Source of the DNA: Pocillopora damicornis
Lineage: Eukaryota
Assembly: GCF_003704095.1 (NCBI RefSeq)
Contig: NW_020843386.1
Location: 1 to 64,000 of the forward strand
Reading direction: 5' to 3'
DNA: 64,000 bases
The notes beneath the pieces are model-generated. The model worked only from the letters and a program-made list of their open reading frames with translations. It did no database searches and was not told the DNA's origin. This document shows positions 61,548 through 64,000 of this stretch, one piece after another. Within the stretch, counting starts at the first letter, position 1. Each line of letters begins with the position of its first letter. A program made the position numbers and the translations under genes.

Positions 61548-63651
61548 ATGGCTTCCATGTTACTGAGAGTAGCCGGTGAAGGAACATTCCTTAGATCTCT
61601 GGTTCCATGCGTGAATTTAATACCAGTGCGTTTTAGGGTGCGAAGAAAAATGCCATCAAAGATAAGAAACAACCCTTTTGTTCAAAGACGCACGGATTTC
61701 ATTAAAAAACTTGTGTTAGCTCTGGTACAACACGAACGGATTCAAACTACAGATTGGAAGGCTCAGCAGTTGAAGAAATATGCCGAACTGGTAAGGGTAA
61801 AGGTAGTGCGTTTAATTAGGTGCGATTTTAACCATTTCTTAGGATTGGTTAAGTTTGACTTTTCGAGGTTACCGCATTTCCCACCCCACTCTACTCCCCC
61901 ATCTCAGTTTCCATTTTCTCCCCACCCCTGCTGTATAACCCTAGCCAGCAATGATTGAACCTAGGTTCCTAGGTTCTCCAGGGGTCAGTGAATCAACCAA
62001 TTGGATCATCATGTCTCCCACAGCAGCACTTTGGACAAGACCAACATTTAAATTCTCCTCACAGTAATACTGCTGAATCACTTATCAGGATAGTGAGATT
62101 AAAGGGAATGATCACCAACCTAAGAGGCTTTGATTGATAAAAAAATTCTCCCTATCAGTACCAGAGAAAATGTATGGAGGAGAGTGTGGATGTTGATGTC
62201 AGGATGTGAGGGGGTGAAAGCTTTAAAGCAAAGCTTATCAAACTATTTTGTCACTATAGGACTTGAGTGTGGTTCCACATTAAGTAAAATAGAATTAATT
62301 TTTTATGTTCTTTCTTTTAGATCTTTATGATGTGATAAAATGCCTTCCAACATTAGGATACTGGTGCTAAATCAATAATTTTATTATTACTTATTATTTA
62401 TTATTATTGAGTTGTTGTTTTTTTTGGTATGTTGTTTTTAGCTTGTCATGTTGTCACTGAGACGTCGTCCACCACCTGATCTGGACATGATTGAGGATGG
62501 GTTTGTTCTTACTGAGGAAGAATCTGAGCAAAGAAGGCTTACAAGGCGCATTATAAATAGAAGAAGCAAAAAAGTGATTTTACCTGTACCAGACCTAAGT
62601 GAAGAAGAGTATGTTCAAAGATGTAAAGAAGAGGCTTCAAATATGTTGCTTGGGGTGAGAAAGAAAATATTCAATTTGTTTATTTATTTTTAAAGTAGTA
62701 CAGGTATTTTAGTGCTAAAATCCTGGAGTTTTGTTTCTTCTTTCTTCTTCTGATGTCCAACTGTTTTAGTCCTAGAGTGACCAAAAAAAAATTCTTTATT
62801 CTTGTCACTTGTCTGCTTGAGGTTGTATTGATTTTGTAGGAGAAACTCTTGTCTTGGCATTCATGAGAATAAAAGGGTTAACAGGTTTAAGCTTGAAATG
62901 AAGATTTAATGGCTAAGCAGATAGTGCCCTGGACTCTAGTTCTTGCGCTCAAAATTTGAGTGCTGGCTGTGTCAACATGTTGTGTTTCCAGGAAAGACTA
63001 TGATTTCACTGATAGATGGCTCATGGTTGTTTCTATCCCAGTGTGAAGCTTTGCATTCTTTAACCCTTTCACTCCTAAGATCTCATTAGTAATTCTCCTT
63101 ACTGTCTACCTTACAATTTTTATGATGTAAGCGATGAGAATTTGGTATTGGATCAACTAATAATCCCTTGATTGATATTTTTCTTTATTCTCACTACTTG
63201 TCTGCTTGATATTGTATTGTTATTGTAAGGAGAAATTCTGCTTTGGTCACTCATGGGAGCAAAAGGTTCTCAGTACCCAGAAGCTTTAATTAGTGGTCTC
63301 TTAACTTGTTCTTATCAGGATTGTATTTCTTTTTAACAGAACGAAGAGGCACTAGAAAAACTTTACACAACACTTAAGGAACGATATCAAGAAAGATATG
63401 GCAATTTTGTGACAATTCAAACAATTCCCAACCCTCCCCACTCCCCTTACCCAAACATGGCATATGTTGAGTTAGTGGGGAACTCCCTACCCCCACTCCC
63501 CAGGTTGCCTGTGGTCAAGGGAGGGAATTGGGTTGTTTACAACAGAGATGATTATGAAGATGATAACAAGACTGTGGTGAAGAATTTCTTCAAGTGGATG
63601 GAACGAAGGAAAGTAATAAAAGAAAATGTAAAATCAAGGAAAAGACAATAA
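61548..63651 (+). CDS. MRPL17: Mitochondrial ribosomal protein L17-like, divergent paralog B, about 255 aa
   Basis: Exons 61548-61790, 62442-62654, 63340-63651, phase 0. LVLALVQHERIQTT..KA..L..YAE, KLY..L.ERY..R.G.F, MAYVELVGNSLPPLP. Arg-rich N-terminal extension resembling a mitochondrial presequence and an insertion of about 50 aa in exon 2. Confidence 0.82.
63060..63268. mobile_element. piggyBac-type MITE in MRPL17-B intron 2
   Basis: ttaaccctttcactcc...gggagcaaaaggtt with the family consensus body. Confidence 0.75.
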
Positions 63652-64000
63652 ACAGGTGTAAATATAATAAAAACATAAATATTTTGACATATCATTGTAT
63701 GTGAGTGGCTTTAAAACATCCGAAATAAAATACATCTGGATGGAAGTAGATCATGTACCCTTGATTGTGAAGAAGCTGATAATGGACTGTTACCCTCAAC
63801 ATTGGTAGTGTGGCTCAATAATATGATAATCAGTTGACACTTTGATAATTTTCTTTGTGTTTCCTTTTTGCAATTTATGTAATTCTGCTGAAGTTAGTCA
63901 GCTGTAATGAAAAAGCAGTATGTTACAGTATTGGTCATTGATAAAAAGATGTCAAAAATATTTCTACTGTGGGTCTGAATTATTTTCTAGTTATCACAAA

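Noticed and set aside
61134-61958. Apparent overlap of the two MRPL17 ORFs in the track
   Set aside because: The overlap comes from upstream in-frame extensions; the plausible ATGs (61436 and 61548) do not overlap.

Overview
Eukaryotic, AT-rich, intron-containing animal DNA. Gene content and repeat families suggest a stony coral or related cnidarian (inference). Positions 1-16.5 kb are gene-poor, N-riddled, and a mosaic of direct and inverted duplications partly derived from the 3' end of the neighbouring USP gene. From 17 kb on I assembled eight genes by hand from splice signals and reading frames: a 12-exon USP2/USP21-like deubiquitinase (-) with a U12-type intron; a Bcl-3-like ankyrin protein (+); selenoprotein S (-), with an in-frame Sec UGA and a type II SECIS, absent from the ORF track; a 7-finger C2H2 zinc-finger protein (-); a second IkappaB-family ankyrin protein (+) with a DSGLDKS degron; a single-exon class A GPCR (-); and two head-to-head mitochondrial ribosomal protein L17 paralogs 111 bp apart. 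The best candidates for something undescribed are (i) a linked NF-kappaB feedback neighbourhood, with two IkappaB-family paralogs and a dense set of kappaB-type sites including an intronic cluster, and (ii) the divergent bL17m paralog pair. All gene models are manual predictions without transcript evidence.
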